A DNA stretch of 63,782 bases, the filler included, from Chiloscyllium plagiosum (taxonomy: Eukaryota): NCBI RefSeq assembly GCF_004010195.1. It is 5 parts of one record of this genome, joined end to end, with 100 filler letters (N's around TTAATTAATTAA, not from the genome) between each part and the next. Parts side by side here need not be neighbours in the genome. Positions count along the whole stretch, not along the records: positions 62,077 to 63,782 come from NC_057711.1; 4 more parts are not named here. One strand, 5' to 3'. This document shows positions 62,615 to 63,782 of this stretch, piece after piece. The notes below the pieces were generated by a model. The model ran no database searches and was not told the DNA's origin. It saw nothing but the letters and a program-made list of their open reading frames with translations. The stretch's first letter is position 1, and each line of letters begins with the position of its first letter. A program made the position numbers and the translations under genes.

Positions 62615-63782
62615 GGTAATCCAAGATGGAGGACGGGAAAAATTTCTGGCTGTAAGAGCTGATCCTTATTTTGAGGTATTTTAGGTGCTGGAGGTGATTT
62701 CCTCGAATTCCAGGAGCAGCAATTACTGTTTTATATGCTGTTGCATTGTTTTGGAACTTTGGAAAAAAAATGTCAAAGCAACAGCAGTTTTAAAATGGAG
62801 AAGAGCAGACAAAGGAAGCACATGGTGAGGACAATACAGGAGAGAGAGAGAGAGAACCTGCACAGTTACTGCCTTTGCTGCTTTGAATTCATGTGTCACT
62901 GGACATTGGAGAGCACCTGGGAAAATTAACAAACAGTGAATTTCACAACTAATCTTGGAGGAACTGTTGGGTGAAGTTCACAGCACAGAATCAGCTAAGT
63001 TAATTGTTGTTTTAAGTCTGTCCAAGAGAAAGGCTGTATTAGTGGTACAGTGAGTTCTTTCTTGATTATATGTTTTTGGAGATAAGTCTTTTGATTAAAC
63101 TTAAAATATAAGCCATAGCTATTAACTTAACCTGGGATAGTGTTTGTAGAGGAATAAGATGGTGTTATTTTCTGTGTCTGTAGTTTGTGAAGGAGCAAAA
63201 ATGGCCTTTGCAGTGATATGTACTTCTTGTCCGATGTGGGAGTTTAAAGAGAGTTTAAGGGTTACTGCAGATTATATCTGCCATAAATGCTGTTGGATGC
63301 GAATCTTATCAGATCGAGTGGATTGGTTGGAGAGACAGATTGAAGCGATGAGGAATTTGCAACAGCAACAGTATGTGATGGATGGCAGGTATGGGAAGGG
63401 GGGAAAGTCTCAGATAAAGTCACATAGATGGGTTAACTCCAGGAAGGGTAAGAGAGGTAGGCACCTAGGGCTGGAGTCTTTTGTGGATATACCAATTTCA
63501 AACAGGTATGCTGTTTTGGAAAATGTAGGGGCTGATGGATTCTCAGGGGAACGTAGCATAAACAGCCAAGTTTCTGGTATTGAGACTGGCTCTAATGCAA
63601 CAAGGGGTATGTCAGCTCCCAAGAGATCAATTGTGTTTGGGGATTCTATAGTCCAAGGTACAGACAGACATTTCTGTGGCCAGCAGAGAAAAAGCAGAAT
63701 GGTGTCTTGTTTCCCTGGTGCCAGGATCAAGGATGTCTCAGAGAGGGTGCAGAATGTTCTCACGGGGGAGAGGGGCCAGCAG
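62615..63782 (+). mobile_element. 5' end of a probably full-length CR1 LINE (continues beyond the window)
   Basis: 62810-63200 matches the reverse complement of 21935-22300; ORF1 follows. Confidence 0.85.
63201..63782 (+). CDS. CR1 ORF1p (zinc finger, coiled coil, SGNH esterase), open to the window end; not in the ORF track
   Basis: MAFAVICTSCPMWEF..CHKCCW..LERQIEAM..NRYAVL..GDSIVQG..CFPGARIKDV, 194 codons with no stop. Confidence 0.85.
   Translation, partial: MAFAVICTSCPMWEFKESLRVTADYICHKCCWMRILSDRVDWLERQIEAMRNLQQQQYVMDGRYGKGGKSQIKSHRWVNSRKGKRGRHLGLESFVDIPISNRYAVLENVGADGFSGERSINSQVSGIETGSNATRGMSAPKRSIVFGDSIVQGTDRHFCGQQRKSRMVSCFPGARIKDVSERVQNVLTGERGQQ

Noticed and set aside
1..63782. CRISPR arrays, prokaryotic operons, retrons or viral genes
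   Set aside because: No regularly spaced repeats; all RT motifs are explained by CR1, RTE or Penelope elements

Overview
Vertebrate genomic DNA, not prokaryotic. The repeat families (HE1-type V-SINEs, HER1/CR1 LINEs, purine-rich Penelope elements) point to a cartilaginous fish, most likely a carpet or bamboo shark; this is an inference. It is a draft assembly with two long N gaps and four 100-bp placeholder gaps carrying an artificial TTAATTAATTAA linker. The only host coding sequence I can recognise is one 160-bp minus-strand exon (58520-58679) encoding the Kazal-like loop of an OATP/SLCO transporter, best match SLCO4C1. I found none of its expected 3' exons in the 58 kb downstream. The rest is layered transposon sequence: many CR1 copies (one near full length, and one with an intact zinc-finger/esterase ORF1 running off the window end), two RTE fragments, Penelope-like elements, three SINE families, hAT and Tigger-like MITEs and probable solo LTRs. 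Two things are not flagged by the ORF track. First, the Penelope terminal repeats carry about ten minimal hammerhead-ribozyme motifs (CUGANGA-stem II-GAAA-palindrome-NUH), some in short palindromic insertions with target-site duplications and two in sense orientation either side of the SLCO exon. Second, there are at least five fossil pieces of a two-gene Harbinger transposon: a HARBI1-like DDE transposase convergent with a Myb/SANT gene, with a terminal repeat near GGGCTGAATCTTAC. All repeat calls are by eye from translation and motif recognition, so boundaries are approximate.
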